Positions 1 through 9,024 of a DNA stretch of 64,000 nucleotides are shown piece after piece. The notes below the pieces were generated by a model, which was not told the DNA's origin, did no database searches, and was given only the letters and a program-made list of their open reading frames with translations. Where the stretch lies: IMG/VR virus record IMGVR_UViG_3300032236_001850, positions 1 to 64,000 of that record. One strand, 5' to 3'. Position 1 is the first letter of the stretch; each line of letters begins with the position of its first letter. Made by a program: the position numbers and the translations under genes.

Positions 1-240
1 ATGAACCATTAGAACCTGAGGAACCATTAGAAGATACTGAACCATTGGAGCCATTAGAACCATTAGTACCTGAGGAATCTGATGAACCATTAGAACCTGA
101 GGAACCATTAGAAGATACTGAACTATTAGAACCTGAGGAACCATTAGAACCTGAGGAACCATTAGAAACTGAGGAACCATTAGAAGATACTGATCCATTA
201 GAACCTGAGGAACCATTAGAACCTGAGGAACCGGAACTTG
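1..240. repeat. Coding tandem repeat, 18-nt unit GAACCATTAGAACCTGAG with variants
   Basis: Directly visible; encodes SGSNGS on the minus strand. Confidence 0.95.
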
Positions 241-721
241 TAGAATTTGAGGAGGTATTTTGTTTATTTTCCTTTCTGTTATCTGTTGTCGTTGAGCTTT
301 GTACACTTCCTATTGAAGATAACATGTTTGTTGAACCTGAACTTTCGGATGCTGCTTTTTCTGCTATGCTTGAAGTAATGTCACTTATTGCAGATAATGA
401 ATTTATAACACTTATTAAAGAAATAGCACTATCCTGAGCTATACCAACTGCTGTTGGAAGACCTATAATGGATGAGCACGGATTATTGTTTCCAAATGAC
501 TGATAAACACCATTAGCCCATGAACTAAAAGCACCATTTGTAAAATCGCCGGGTTGAAATGTTTGTATTTGACCGTAATAAGTTACTGTTATACCGTTTG
601 CTGGTACCTGTATTGTTTTAGATGTCCCTGTACAAGGGTCATTATAGGAATAATCAAGCGTCTGCGAATAACAGGCGCTTGATATAAGAAGCAGTATAAT
701 AAGTAAAGCTCTAACATGCAT
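2..721 (-). CDS. Secreted Ser/Gly/Asn-repeat protein (partial, runs off left edge; absent from ORF track)
   Basis: ATG at 721 overlaps the upstream TAA (TAATG). Manual translation MHVRALLIILLLISSACYSQTLDYSYNDPCTG... gives a signal peptide, then an open frame into (SSGSNG)n repeats with no stop seen to the window edge. Confidence 0.8.
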   Translation of the reverse strand, partial: MHVRALLIILLLISSACYSQTLDYSYNDPCTGTSKTIQVPANGITVTYYGQIQTFQPGDFTNGAFSSWANGVYQSFGNNNPCSSIIGLPTAVGIAQDSAISLISVINSLSAISDITSSIAEKAASESSGSTNMLSSIGSVQSSTTTDNRKENKQNTSSNSTSSGSSGSNGSSGSNGSVSSNGSSVSNGSSGSNGSSGSNSSVSSNGSSGSNGSSDSSGTNGSNGSNGSVSSNGSSGSNGS

Positions 722-1437
722 TACGATTTAAAGATTCCTTTTTTAATCATTCTAGCAACTATTCTGGAAGAAGCAGTTTCTAGTGATTTTTTTGTTGTTA
801 TACCTATTGTTGATTGGTTAAATTTAACCTCACTGTCGTCAACTCCATCCAGTATTGAAGCTGTTTTTATTGTTTTAGCCTCACCCAAACCAGATCCAAC
901 TAAAACCTCGTTGGTTTCTGCATCAACAAACTTAACCTGTAGACCAAGTCTTGTTACTTGTGTTGTTTTAGATTCGCCATTCACCTTTAATACTTCATCC
1001 TCCGAAACTGAGAAATCATAAACCTCTATATAAACAAAGTATTTAGCAAGTTTAATCTTTCCCTTACCGTCCAATTTGTTTTCAGTAAAACCTTTTGCTG
1101 AAGCTTTGAATTGGGAAATCATTCTTTCCTTAATTTCAAGTTTATCCTCAGTGAAAACAAATCTATTTGTCATCTCAAGAAATTCCAAAACTATATTGGT
1201 AACACCCAGACCAACTCTTTTATCCTTAAGCTCTGGATACATTTCATAAAGTTCCTCGTTTATACCAACTTTCAAAAGTTGAATTGGAACCTTTATCGTG
1301 TCATTATAGTCGGAAACTAAATCTATCGACTGTGTTTTTTCGAATGAAGCTTGATAGGTTTCTGTCTTAACAGAGCCTATTTGTGCCTTACTTGTTAAAG
1401 CAAATAAGACACAAATTATAATAAGCGCTCTTCTCAT
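721..1437 (-). CDS. CsgG/HfaB-like secreted protein
   Basis: Signal peptide; GLGVTNIVLEFL..RFVFTE and VTRLGLQVKFVDAETNEV..GSGLGEA resemble the CsgG/TolB-N-like fold family. Confidence 0.55.
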   Translation of the reverse strand: MRRALIIICVLFALTSKAQIGSVKTETYQASFEKTQSIDLVSDYNDTIKVPIQLLKVGINEELYEMYPELKDKRVGLGVTNIVLEFLEMTNRFVFTEDKLEIKERMISQFKASAKGFTENKLDGKGKIKLAKYFVYIEVYDFSVSEDEVLKVNGESKTTQVTRLGLQVKFVDAETNEVLVGSGLGEAKTIKTASILDGVDDSEVKFNQSTIGITTKKSLETASSRIVARMIKKGIFKS

Positions 1438-1441
1438 TTTA

Positions 1442-1789
1442 TTATTTTTGACCAGTTACATCAGATAGAGAAACTCCATCCTCTTCGTCAACTTTTTGGA
1501 TAAGCATTTTATCTCTGTCTTCAGAGTTAAACCAGTAATCAACAACTTTGTTTAAATTACCAACAAATGCACCTAGAAGGATAAGTAGCATTTCTTTCCA
1601 ATCCTCACCGATCGGCACACCGAAAAATACACCTGAGTTAATACCAAGTATAATTAATGTGAATAAACCCAATACGATTGCAGTTATTCTCCAACGATTG
1701 TTTTGCATCTCTTGAAGCATGTAGTAAAATCTGTTGTTAGCTTCAACAGGCTCTGGCTTTTTAGCCCCTAATAATTCTTTGATTTTCAT
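1442..1789 (-). CDS. Two-TM membrane protein (holin-like?)
   Basis: Start reassigned to MKIKELL (1789); two hydrophobic helices ending LLGAFVGNLNKVVDYWFNS. Confidence 0.6.
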   Translation of the reverse strand: MKIKELLGAKKPEPVEANNRFYYMLQEMQNNRWRITAIVLGLFTLIILGINSGVFFGVPIGEDWKEMLLILLGAFVGNLNKVVDYWFNSEDRDKMLIQKVDEEDGVSLSDVTGQK

Positions 1790-1811
1790 GTTTTGTTTTG
1801 TTTTGTTTGTT

Positions 1812-2015
1812 TTATCTATGACCGTGGCTATGACCATAATTATGACCATAACCACCATAATAGTGTATTTGGTAATATGGCTTTGGATAATAATATCTAG
1901 GTCCATAATTTGTGTAAATAGGTCTAGGTTCTACATAATATGATGACGGTGTTAATTGAATACCGCACGAGCTCATACCTAGAGCAACAAGTAATACTAT
2001 TATCAATTTTCTCAT
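1812..2015 (-). CDS. Small Tyr/Pro/Gly/His-rich lipoprotein
   Basis: MRKLIIVLLVALGMSSC lipobox. Confidence 0.65.
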   Translation of the reverse strand: MRKLIIVLLVALGMSSCGIQLTPSSYYVEPRPIYTNYGPRYYYPKPYYQIHYYGGYGHNYGHSHGHR

Positions 2016-2017
2016 AA

Positions 2018-2350
2018 TTACCAAGGTGCGTCTTCTGACTCACTTTTCTTTTTCTCCTCCTTTGAAGCTGCTGGTTTCTCAACAGTTTTTTCTTTGATGA
2101 TGGTTGTTGTTCCACCAGCTTGTTGTTTTTGTTGATTAGTGTTATTGTTTGTTAAATTAACCACAACAGGAGCAGCTGGAGCAGCTTGTTCAGTTTTTGG
2201 TTTTTCCTCGTCATCTTTATGACCACCAAATAGTTGTGTTGATAACCAGATACCCCCACCACCGATAACGGTGGTAAGAGTTCCAATTATAGTTTTCTTT
2301 AATCCAGACCAGGTTCCATCTGATTCTGGTACATTTGATTCTTCTGACAT
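2018..2350 (-). CDS. Single-TM protein with low-complexity tail
   Basis: IIGTLTTVIGGGGIWL hydrophobic segment; part of the operon. Confidence 0.7.
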   Translation of the reverse strand: MSEESNVPESDGTWSGLKKTIIGTLTTVIGGGGIWLSTQLFGGHKDDEEKPKTEQAAPAAPVVVNLTNNNTNQQKQQAGGTTTIIKEKTVEKPAASKEEKKKSESEDAPW

Positions 2351-2358
2351 CTTAATTG

Positions 2359-4293
2359 TTATTTTTTTATAATTTTCTCAGCTTCGTTTTGACTTTTAGC
2401 TTGTAAATAAGCTACATATACTCCACTAGCGAAGCTTTGTAGGTCATAGCTATATGTATAGGTACCCGCTGGCATTTCTTTGTCTAAAATAACGCTTTTA
2501 ATAGCTCCGTTCATGTCAACCACACAAAGCTTAACTTTACTAGACTCTTTAACCTCAAATTCTATATTAACAAGATTTGTTGTAGGATTTGGGTAAACTT
2601 TCATTGTTTCTTTGGTTTCTACACCAGTAATAGATGAAGTTTTATAAACCATCAATATTCCATTAGTTGGAGTTATTGACATGTCTTTTGCATTCTGATC
2701 TCCTGAGAATTTTCTTGTAGTGTAAAGTGGTGAAGCACTCCAAGTATCCTGTGGTGTTTTAGCTATAAATCTAAGGGTAAAAACATTATAATTATCAGGA
2801 AGCGAGTAGCTCTTATCAGCTGATGGATCATAACCACCCCATTCTATCTCTCCGTTAGTTGGATTTAGAAAAGAAAGCCAGAACATTGATTTTTCTGAAT
2901 TTTTTATGTCTTTAAATTCCAATAGGTTTTGATCATAAATCATACCAAATTGTAATGCAGTAATAGATTCACCTGCAGTTTTAAGTGTAACCGGGATCTC
3001 AACTAAATTACCTTCATTAACTGAAATACTAGGTACATTAAGTTCCATAGTTGAAGTTGGAAAATCGTAACTTACTTGTGTGTCTATAACATTTTGAGTA
3101 GCTGCTGGCATACCTGGAGCAGGTACAGCAGAAACTGTGATTGGTGTCATACGAGCCATGTGGTAACCTGTACCATTTGCATCACCAGTAACCATTACAT
3201 AATAAACAGAAGGAGCTTGGGCTGCGTCAGTTATAGGAATGTAAAAATCTGTTTGTCCTGGTATTGTTGATGTGTAGTTAGTTGTAGGTGAACCTGTTAT
3301 GGTTGCATACTCTGCTGCAGTAAAGAATTTGATATCAGCTACAGCATTAGGCCAAGTTGTGAATCTACCAGCAATTCTACCAAATACACCGTAAGCATCG
3401 GTAATTGTTACGTTATTAGAACCATTTACATCAGCTGCGTAAAATTGAAATCCTGATGGTGTTCCATTTCCAAGAACCCATTGGTTAATAAGTTCAGCAT
3501 CAGTTGTTGTTATAACGTTACCTGGAGTCATTGTGCTTCCTTTAACTGCTATACGTACATCATAATAAGTTAAATCTATAGGCTCAGTGAATTGGAAGTG
3601 TCCATTTGCATCTGTAGTGTATGAATTATGTATAGTCCAGTTTGATGTTGTTTTAACTTTCTTTTCAAGATTAAATGGTAAGTTCTTAGCTGGTGTTCCA
3701 GTTACGTTAGTAAAATCACCACTATAAGTAAGATTTTGGTTAAGCCAAGCACCACCATATGAATGTAAAGTCATAGCAACGTCTAAACCTGGTTGGTTCG
3801 ATGCAAGATACGGGAAAGAAGGTTGAGAAGCAAGCGGTACCCATGTTAAGTTTCCTATCGAAGTTAAAGAATAGAAAGTAGCAGCAGGTGCGTGCTGGAA
3901 AGTAAGTTCAAATAATTCACCCTGTGGTAAACTGTAATTTGTATCAGTACCAGTATAAACTAGTGTGATTGTAACGTAACCTTGTGACGGTTGATCGATA
4001 AATTGTAATGCTAAATTAGTTGTTGATCCAACTATTGCAGGAGAACATCCTACGAAAGCAGTTTTATCATAGAATAATCTAAACTGTAAACCAGTAACTT
4101 TTTCTGCATTTGTTGATGTGTTACTAAATGTTAATCTAGCTTTAGAAACACCAGCAGTAGATGTACCAATGGTGTAATTCTGTGCAAGTATCGTGTAGAT
4201 ACCATTCCCAGGTGCTGCCGGTACAGTTTGTGAAAATCCTAAAAAGGAAGCACAAAGAAAAGCAGCGATTAAAAAAATCTTCAATTTGTTCAT
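2359..4293 (-). CDS. T9SS cargo protein: signal peptide, cohesin-like, dockerin-like, cohesin-like, type A CTD
   Basis: CTD KVYPNPTTNLVNIEF...SGVYVAYL...EKIIKK; dockerin NVITTTDAELINQWVLG...AADVNGSNNVTITD; cohesin VEIPVTL..ITALQFGMIYDQNLLEF and VTGLQFRLFYDKTAF. Confidence 0.8.
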   Translation of the reverse strand: MNKLKIFLIAAFLCASFLGFSQTVPAAPGNGIYTILAQNYTIGTSTAGVSKARLTFSNTSTNAEKVTGLQFRLFYDKTAFVGCSPAIVGSTTNLALQFIDQPSQGYVTITLVYTGTDTNYSLPQGELFELTFQHAPAATFYSLTSIGNLTWVPLASQPSFPYLASNQPGLDVAMTLHSYGGAWLNQNLTYSGDFTNVTGTPAKNLPFNLEKKVKTTSNWTIHNSYTTDANGHFQFTEPIDLTYYDVRIAVKGSTMTPGNVITTTDAELINQWVLGNGTPSGFQFYAADVNGSNNVTITDAYGVFGRIAGRFTTWPNAVADIKFFTAAEYATITGSPTTNYTSTIPGQTDFYIPITDAAQAPSVYYVMVTGDANGTGYHMARMTPITVSAVPAPGMPAATQNVIDTQVSYDFPTSTMELNVPSISVNEGNLVEIPVTLKTAGESITALQFGMIYDQNLLEFKDIKNSEKSMFWLSFLNPTNGEIEWGGYDPSADKSYSLPDNYNVFTLRFIAKTPQDTWSASPLYTTRKFSGDQNAKDMSITPTNGILMVYKTSSITGVETKETMKVYPNPTTNLVNIEFEVKESSKVKLCVVDMNGAIKSVILDKEMPAGTYTYSYDLQSFASGVYVAYLQAKSQNEAEKIIKK

Positions 4294-4318
4294 GTTATGT
4301 TTTGTTTTGTTTTTTGGT

Positions 4319-5140
4319 TTATTTTAGAAGAGTATAGTACTCCTTAAAATGCTTAATTCTATCTGGTAGACCGATAGTACCACCATTTACTTTTTTAGTT
4401 ACTGCAGTAACTGTTGCATCATCTGCTCCTTTGTCACATATAGGCCAAAGACCATTTGAATTAAAGAAGAAAGCTGCAGAAGCTAAAGGATATTTAGTTG
4501 CAACTAAATCTGGGTTAGCCACGATATCCTCGGTTACCAATTTATCAAAAGAAGCATAATTCGATTTACCCGTTAATTGAATATAACCTCTTCCTCTAAA
4601 TTTAAAGCCTTCACCTGAAGCTTCATCGCCATTACCCATTCTATTAGAATAAACTTTGTTTGCAATTTTTTCCTTGTTTCTGTCGTATGGTTTTGCAGAT
4701 TCAAGGGTTGGGAAATACTTTTTGAATGTTGTATTCAATCCCGCTGCTCCATAGTTTAAATTCTCATAAACTGCTTTGAAACCTCCACTCTCGTGTCCAC
4801 ATTGTGATAGGAAGTGTGCCAATCTTAATGGTGTTGTGATATTGAAGGTTTTTGCAGTGTCAGGAATCTGTGCGATCACCTCTGCAGGTACGTGCCCTTT
4901 TAGAGCATCAAGTTTAAATGGACTAGCTGGTATGGTAGCAGCGGATGTTGTATTATCAGCACTGAACATTTTGTTCCATGTACCATCACCAACTATACCA
5001 TCAGCGGTTAATCCATTAGCAGCTTGCCATGCTTTTACGGCCTTTTCCGTACCCGGACCGAAAGCACCATCTGCTGCTAAACCTAGTTTACTTTGGAGTT
5101 TTTTTACATCATCTCCACTTGATCCAACTTTTAAAATCAT
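4319..5140 (-). CDS. Endolysin: peptidoglycan-binding domain + GH19 lysozyme-like domain
   Basis: LKVGSSGDDVKKLQSKLG..ADGAFGPGT (PG_binding_1); RLAHFLSQCGHESGGF and FRGRGYIQLTGKSNY (GH19). Confidence 0.92.
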   Translation of the reverse strand: MILKVGSSGDDVKKLQSKLGLAADGAFGPGTEKAVKAWQAANGLTADGIVGDGTWNKMFSADNTTSAATIPASPFKLDALKGHVPAEVIAQIPDTAKTFNITTPLRLAHFLSQCGHESGGFKAVYENLNYGAAGLNTTFKKYFPTLESAKPYDRNKEKIANKVYSNRMGNGDEASGEGFKFRGRGYIQLTGKSNYASFDKLVTEDIVANPDLVATKYPLASAAFFFNSNGLWPICDKGADDATVTAVTKKVNGGTIGLPDRIKHFKEYYTLLK

Positions 5141-5158
5141 ATTTTGTTTTTTTTCCTT

Positions 5159-5166
5159 TATATATC
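5159..5166 (-). promoter_or_regulatory. GATATATA putative late promoter (lysin/envelope operon)
   Basis: Motif recurs ahead of late-type operons. Confidence 0.65.
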
Positions 5167-5256
5167 CCCCTGGCCCCCAATATTTTTATGATTTTTCTGA
5201 CGTCTCTAACGAAACTTTTTTGACTTTTCCTGTTGAATATTGATAAACAATAAGTT

Positions 5257-5940
5257 ATGAAATATATTTCTATAGATGTGGAAACCAGTGGGTTAGATCC
5301 AGAATCAAATCAAGTTTTATCAATAGGAGCGGTAATTGAGGACACAAATAACCCTTTGCCCTTTGAAGAATGTCCAAAATTTCATGGTGCAATCAAGCAC
5401 GAGGATATAACTGGATCACTCTTTGCAATAAATCTAAATCGTGAGCTGATAGAGACTATAGTTTCTTATCAGACATGTAACAACGACGACGAGAGGAAAG
5501 ACGTCGAGAAAGCATCAGGAATGAAGTTTTATCATAAGGATGATATAGTTGAAGCTTTTTATCATTTTCTTTATCTTAATGGTATGGTTAATGTTGATCC
5601 CGATATGAACCTTCTGGAGAGAGTGATGAAACTAAATGACGATGGGAAATCTGTTCCTGTACTTACCTCCAGAATAAAACCCACCCACATAACAGTGGCT
5701 GGTAAGAATTTTGCTACCTTTGATAAACATTTTCTGGAGAGATTACCTAGATGGAAACAGGTAATTAGAATCAAACAAAGAATACTAGATCCTGCCATTT
5801 TGTATATTGATTGGAAAAATGATACTAGTCTTCCTTCACTGGGACAATGTAAAGAAAGAGCAGGAATTCACGGTATCGTGACTCACAATGCCTTGGAGGA
5901 CGCATGGGATGTTGTTGAATTATTAAGAAAAAAATACTAA
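5257..5940 (+). CDS. DEDDh 3'-5' exonuclease (DnaQ-like)
   Basis: IDVETSG, GKNFATFD, HNALEDA motifs. Confidence 0.85.
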   Translation: MKYISIDVETSGLDPESNQVLSIGAVIEDTNNPLPFEECPKFHGAIKHEDITGSLFAINLNRELIETIVSYQTCNNDDERKDVEKASGMKFYHKDDIVEAFYHFLYLNGMVNVDPDMNLLERVMKLNDDGKSVPVLTSRIKPTHITVAGKNFATFDKHFLERLPRWKQVIRIKQRILDPAILYIDWKNDTSLPSLGQCKERAGIHGIVTHNALEDAWDVVELLRKKY

Positions 5941-6210
5941 ATGAATTACACAAGACCAAACAACGAGGGATATAAGGATTCACCAGAGGATTGGCTAAAT
6001 TCTGCACTGATATTTAGTAGAACCATTTCTCTTCTACTTGAAGAGAACGAGGGTGTTGTTGTATCGATTAAAGGTGATGCAATAAATCCAATAAATCCCA
6101 AAAGTGACCGTGTCGTTGTCTTCTATAAGGATAGACAGATACACATCGATGATATACAAGATCCGAATCTCAAGGAGGGTGATTTTATTAGAATAGTTGA
6201 AGAAAATTAA
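5941..6210 (+). CDS. Hypothetical protein
   Basis: Intact ORF abutting neighbours. Confidence 0.7.
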   Translation: MNYTRPNNEGYKDSPEDWLNSALIFSRTISLLLEENEGVVVSIKGDAINPINPKSDRVVVFYKDRQIHIDDIQDPNLKEGDFIRIVEEN

Positions 6211-6221
6211 ATTATATAAAA

Positions 6222-6935
6222 ATGGAAGAAAAAAACAAAAAAATTAAGGAAGAAAATGTTGATGTGGCAAAGCAAACTGAGATAGTTGTTGTTCTGGATA
6301 GATCTGGATCAATGGCAAGTATTTCAAAATCCACAGTAGATGGATTCAATTCTTTTCTTAATGAACAGCAAAATGCCGAGGGTGAAGCTTTTATGACTCT
6401 GGTTCAGTTTGATGACAGATACGAGATTGACTATAAAAGTGTTCCAGTAAAAGATGTTAATCCATTAATAGATGGAGAAACATTTAAGCCTAGAGGAATG
6501 ACCGCTCTGTTAGATGCTATTGGTAAAACAATTAATGAGCTGGAAACTGACAGGGATGTTGTTTTTGTAATCATTACCGATGGTGATGAAAACTCAAGTA
6601 GAGAATACCAGAGAGATGCGATTATGAATATGATCAAAACCCTGGAGGACGAGAAAGGTTGGTATTTCTTATTCTTAGGAGCAAATCAGGATGCCATTGC
6701 AGCTGGTGGGAATATGGGTATCACCGGAAACAAATCATTTACGTATAGTGCTGATGATATCGGTACCGCTAACGCATTTGCTTCATTCTCTAGTAACATC
6801 TCAAACTACAGATCAGCCAAAATGAACTATTCCGCTATGAACATGGATAAAAATATTTCATTAAATGATTTGCAGGATCTTAAAATGAATCTGGATTTCA
6901 GCGAGGATCAAAGAAAAGAACAAGACAAAAAGTAA
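6222..6935 (+). CDS. vWA domain protein (TerY-like)
   Basis: MIDAS DRSGS, GMTALLDAIG, IITDG. Confidence 0.88.
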   Translation: MEEKNKKIKEENVDVAKQTEIVVVLDRSGSMASISKSTVDGFNSFLNEQQNAEGEAFMTLVQFDDRYEIDYKSVPVKDVNPLIDGETFKPRGMTALLDAIGKTINELETDRDVVFVIITDGDENSSREYQRDAIMNMIKTLEDEKGWYFLFLGANQDAIAAGGNMGITGNKSFTYSADDIGTANAFASFSSNISNYRSAKMNYSAMNMDKNISLNDLQDLKMNLDFSEDQRKEQDKK

Positions 6936-7141
6936 TGATTAAGGATCTATCCGATGAAGATCTGGACATGGCGATCTTCGAAATGAATGTTTGGAATGTT
7001 ATAAATGATCTTGATGATCGAATAATAGAACTAGACTCCAGGACTGAACTTTCCGACGAGGAAAGAGATGAACTGGAAAGATCCAAGACGAGATTAGAAG
7101 ATCTTTTGAAAAGAATAAACAATAAAAAAGGACTCAAATGA
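6935..7141 (+). CDS. Hypothetical coiled-coil protein
   Basis: TAATG overlap with the vWA gene. Confidence 0.7.
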   Translation: MIKDLSDEDLDMAIFEMNVWNVINDLDDRIIELDSRTELSDEERDELERSKTRLEDLLKRINNKKGLK

Positions 7142-7152
7142 GTCCTTTTTTA
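7123..7152. terminator. Bidirectional intrinsic terminator
   Basis: AAAAAAGGACTC-AAAT-GAGTCCTTTTTT between convergent genes. Confidence 0.9.
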
Positions 7153-7169
7153 ATTTATAGATATATGGA

Positions 7170-8624
7170 TTAATATCCGTTAGCCATATTATTATTCATG
7201 CATTCGTTGATTTTATTAGCAACATGTTCTTGTTTAGATTCCTTTATGTATTTTGTTATCTTAGCAAGTTCTGGATTTGTATAATCACCAGCGTCTAGAT
7301 ATTTGTCTACAAGTTCATGAAGATCTGCTTGTGACATATTTTCATAATCATCCTCTGTTGCAGGTGCAGGTGCTACTGGTTCCTCATCGTCAGGTGTAGG
7401 ATAATCCTCATCGTCATCATCTCCATAATCAGAATCACCTTTAAGACCAGCTTTTTCCATTTCGTAATCGTTAAGCATTTCTGCTATACCGTCTATTATT
7501 TCTTGAACCTGTTCTCTTGCTTCAGCAGTTCCTGATAAGATACCACTGAACAATTCTAAGAATTCTCTAGCTGGCATACGCATCATTTCACCAAAGACAT
7601 ATTCCTGTAGATTTTTGATCTTATCAGCTTCCTTGAAACTATTGATATAATCTCTTAAATCTGCTGCTATTTCTGGACCAAATCTAAGATCTTCCAATTC
7701 ATCAGCTAACGAGTCAGTGTTTGCTATAATGGTTTCAGCTTTTTCTGTATCATCGGTAGGTAGTGCAGCAGCAGAGATCAACTCATAGATACCCTTTACT
7801 GTCTCGTGTAACAGCATAACAAATTCCGTTCCGATAGCATTAATTGTTGGTCCGATCGAATCCATCAGATCTTCAAGATCCTCAGCATCTGGCTCGTCTG
7901 TATTCATAAGCTCATCTAGAATTTTTTGAGCTAATTTTTCGGCATCCTCTGGGTCTTCTGGTGTGTTCCATTCAACTTTAACCGATCCTGAAAATCCAGA
8001 TTTGTCTCTTGTCCACATTTCTTTTTGAACTGCTAATGGTATAGCCCAATCGAAGAATGATGCTATTTCTGATATCTTATTAAGTAATAGGATATACTCC
8101 TCACCAAGTTCGTTACCTAATATTGTTTTAAGTCCATCCGAACAATCCTCAAGATTAAGTATTAATTTGGTATTCTTAGCCATACCTTGTGCTATGTTAT
8201 TAGCAATTTTTCTTCTGTGAACTTCGGATATGATATCCTCATCCTCTAGAGCTTTAAGCATTTGATCCTCTGGTGGTTCACCTGGTACGTCCTTCATCAT
8301 CTTCTGAATCTCGTCGTCCCTTTGTAATTTTATCTTAAGGTTTACGCCGTCAAGAATATCTCCATAGTGTTCCATTATCACATCAACAGCAAGTCTTTCT
8401 AGTGCATCCTCATGTCCTCTTTGGATTTGTCTTGCTCTACTAACGTGTTGCATGAACATTGGAATTTCTCTACCGAATCTTCTTTGAAAATCTGCATTTA
8501 TTTGTTGTGCTCTTGCTTCAACATCATGCAAATAATTACCTGGTGTATCTCCCTCCCCAGGAATTCCTGGATTTCCTTGCAATGATGCTTCGTCTATTGC
8601 ATATTCATCAAACTTCTTAATCAT
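7170..8624 (-). CDS. Hypothetical acidic protein with capsid-targeting-like leader
   Basis: MIKKFDEYAIDE/A N-terminus. Confidence 0.8.
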   Translation of the reverse strand: MIKKFDEYAIDEASLQGNPGIPGEGDTPGNYLHDVEARAQQINADFQRRFGREIPMFMQHVSRARQIQRGHEDALERLAVDVIMEHYGDILDGVNLKIKLQRDDEIQKMMKDVPGEPPEDQMLKALEDEDIISEVHRRKIANNIAQGMAKNTKLILNLEDCSDGLKTILGNELGEEYILLLNKISEIASFFDWAIPLAVQKEMWTRDKSGFSGSVKVEWNTPEDPEDAEKLAQKILDELMNTDEPDAEDLEDLMDSIGPTINAIGTEFVMLLHETVKGIYELISAAALPTDDTEKAETIIANTDSLADELEDLRFGPEIAADLRDYINSFKEADKIKNLQEYVFGEMMRMPAREFLELFSGILSGTAEAREQVQEIIDGIAEMLNDYEMEKAGLKGDSDYGDDDDEDYPTPDDEEPVAPAPATEDDYENMSQADLHELVDKYLDAGDYTNPELAKITKYIKESKQEHVANKINECMNNNMANGY

Positions 8625-9003
8625 TGTGTTTAGCTTTTAATTTTGGTAAATCAAACTCCAATGGAATTTTATTTTTTCTTAATTCTGTCATAAATCTAGC
8701 AACAACATCTTTAGCTGATGCTTTTGGGTGTGGTTCGACAGCTGGCTTATCTCTTCTAATTGGACTAGGTCTTTGAGGGGTTTTACCTGGAGCTGTACCT
8801 GGTTTGATTGTTGGTGCAGGCTTAGAAGGAGCTTCTTGAGCTGCTTTTGGATGTGGCTCGACAGCTGGCTTATCTCTTCTTATCGGACTAGGTCTTTGAG
8901 GGGTTTTACCTGGAGCTGTACCTGGCTTAGTTCCAGGTGCAGGTTTACTTGGTGCCTTCTGAGGACCATTCGATAAAAACTCGTCGATTTTTGTATAAAT
9001 CAT
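8617..9003 (-). CDS. Pro/Lys-rich protein with 41-aa internal duplication
   Basis: Start reassigned to MIYTKIDEFL (9003), downstream of the GATATATA motif. Confidence 0.75.
   Translation of the reverse strand: MIYTKIDEFLSNGPQKAPSKPAPGTKPGTAPGKTPQRPSPIRRDKPAVEPHPKAAQEAPSKPAPTIKPGTAPGKTPQRPSPIRRDKPAVEPHPKASAKDVVARFMTELRKNKIPLEFDLPKLKAKHND
8719..8964. repeat. Two-copy 123-nt coding direct repeat
   Basis: APSKPAPxxKPGTAPGKTPQRPSPIRRDKPAVEPHPKA twice. Confidence 0.9.
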
Positions 9004-9024
9004 AACTATTATTATTTTTATATG

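Noticed and set aside
1-240. Tandem repeats as a CRISPR array
   Set aside because: Units are contiguous 18-nt multiples of 3 with no unique spacers; no cas genes seen. No CRISPR-like repeat-spacer pattern was found elsewhere in the window
45-437. Plus-strand EPLEPE-repeat ORF in the track
   Set aside because: Antisense shadow of the minus-strand Ser/Gly/Asn-repeat gene, which has a signal peptide and operon context
7152-7169. GATATATG near 7160 as another late promoter
   Set aside because: Mismatch to the motif and located between convergent gene ends with nothing to drive
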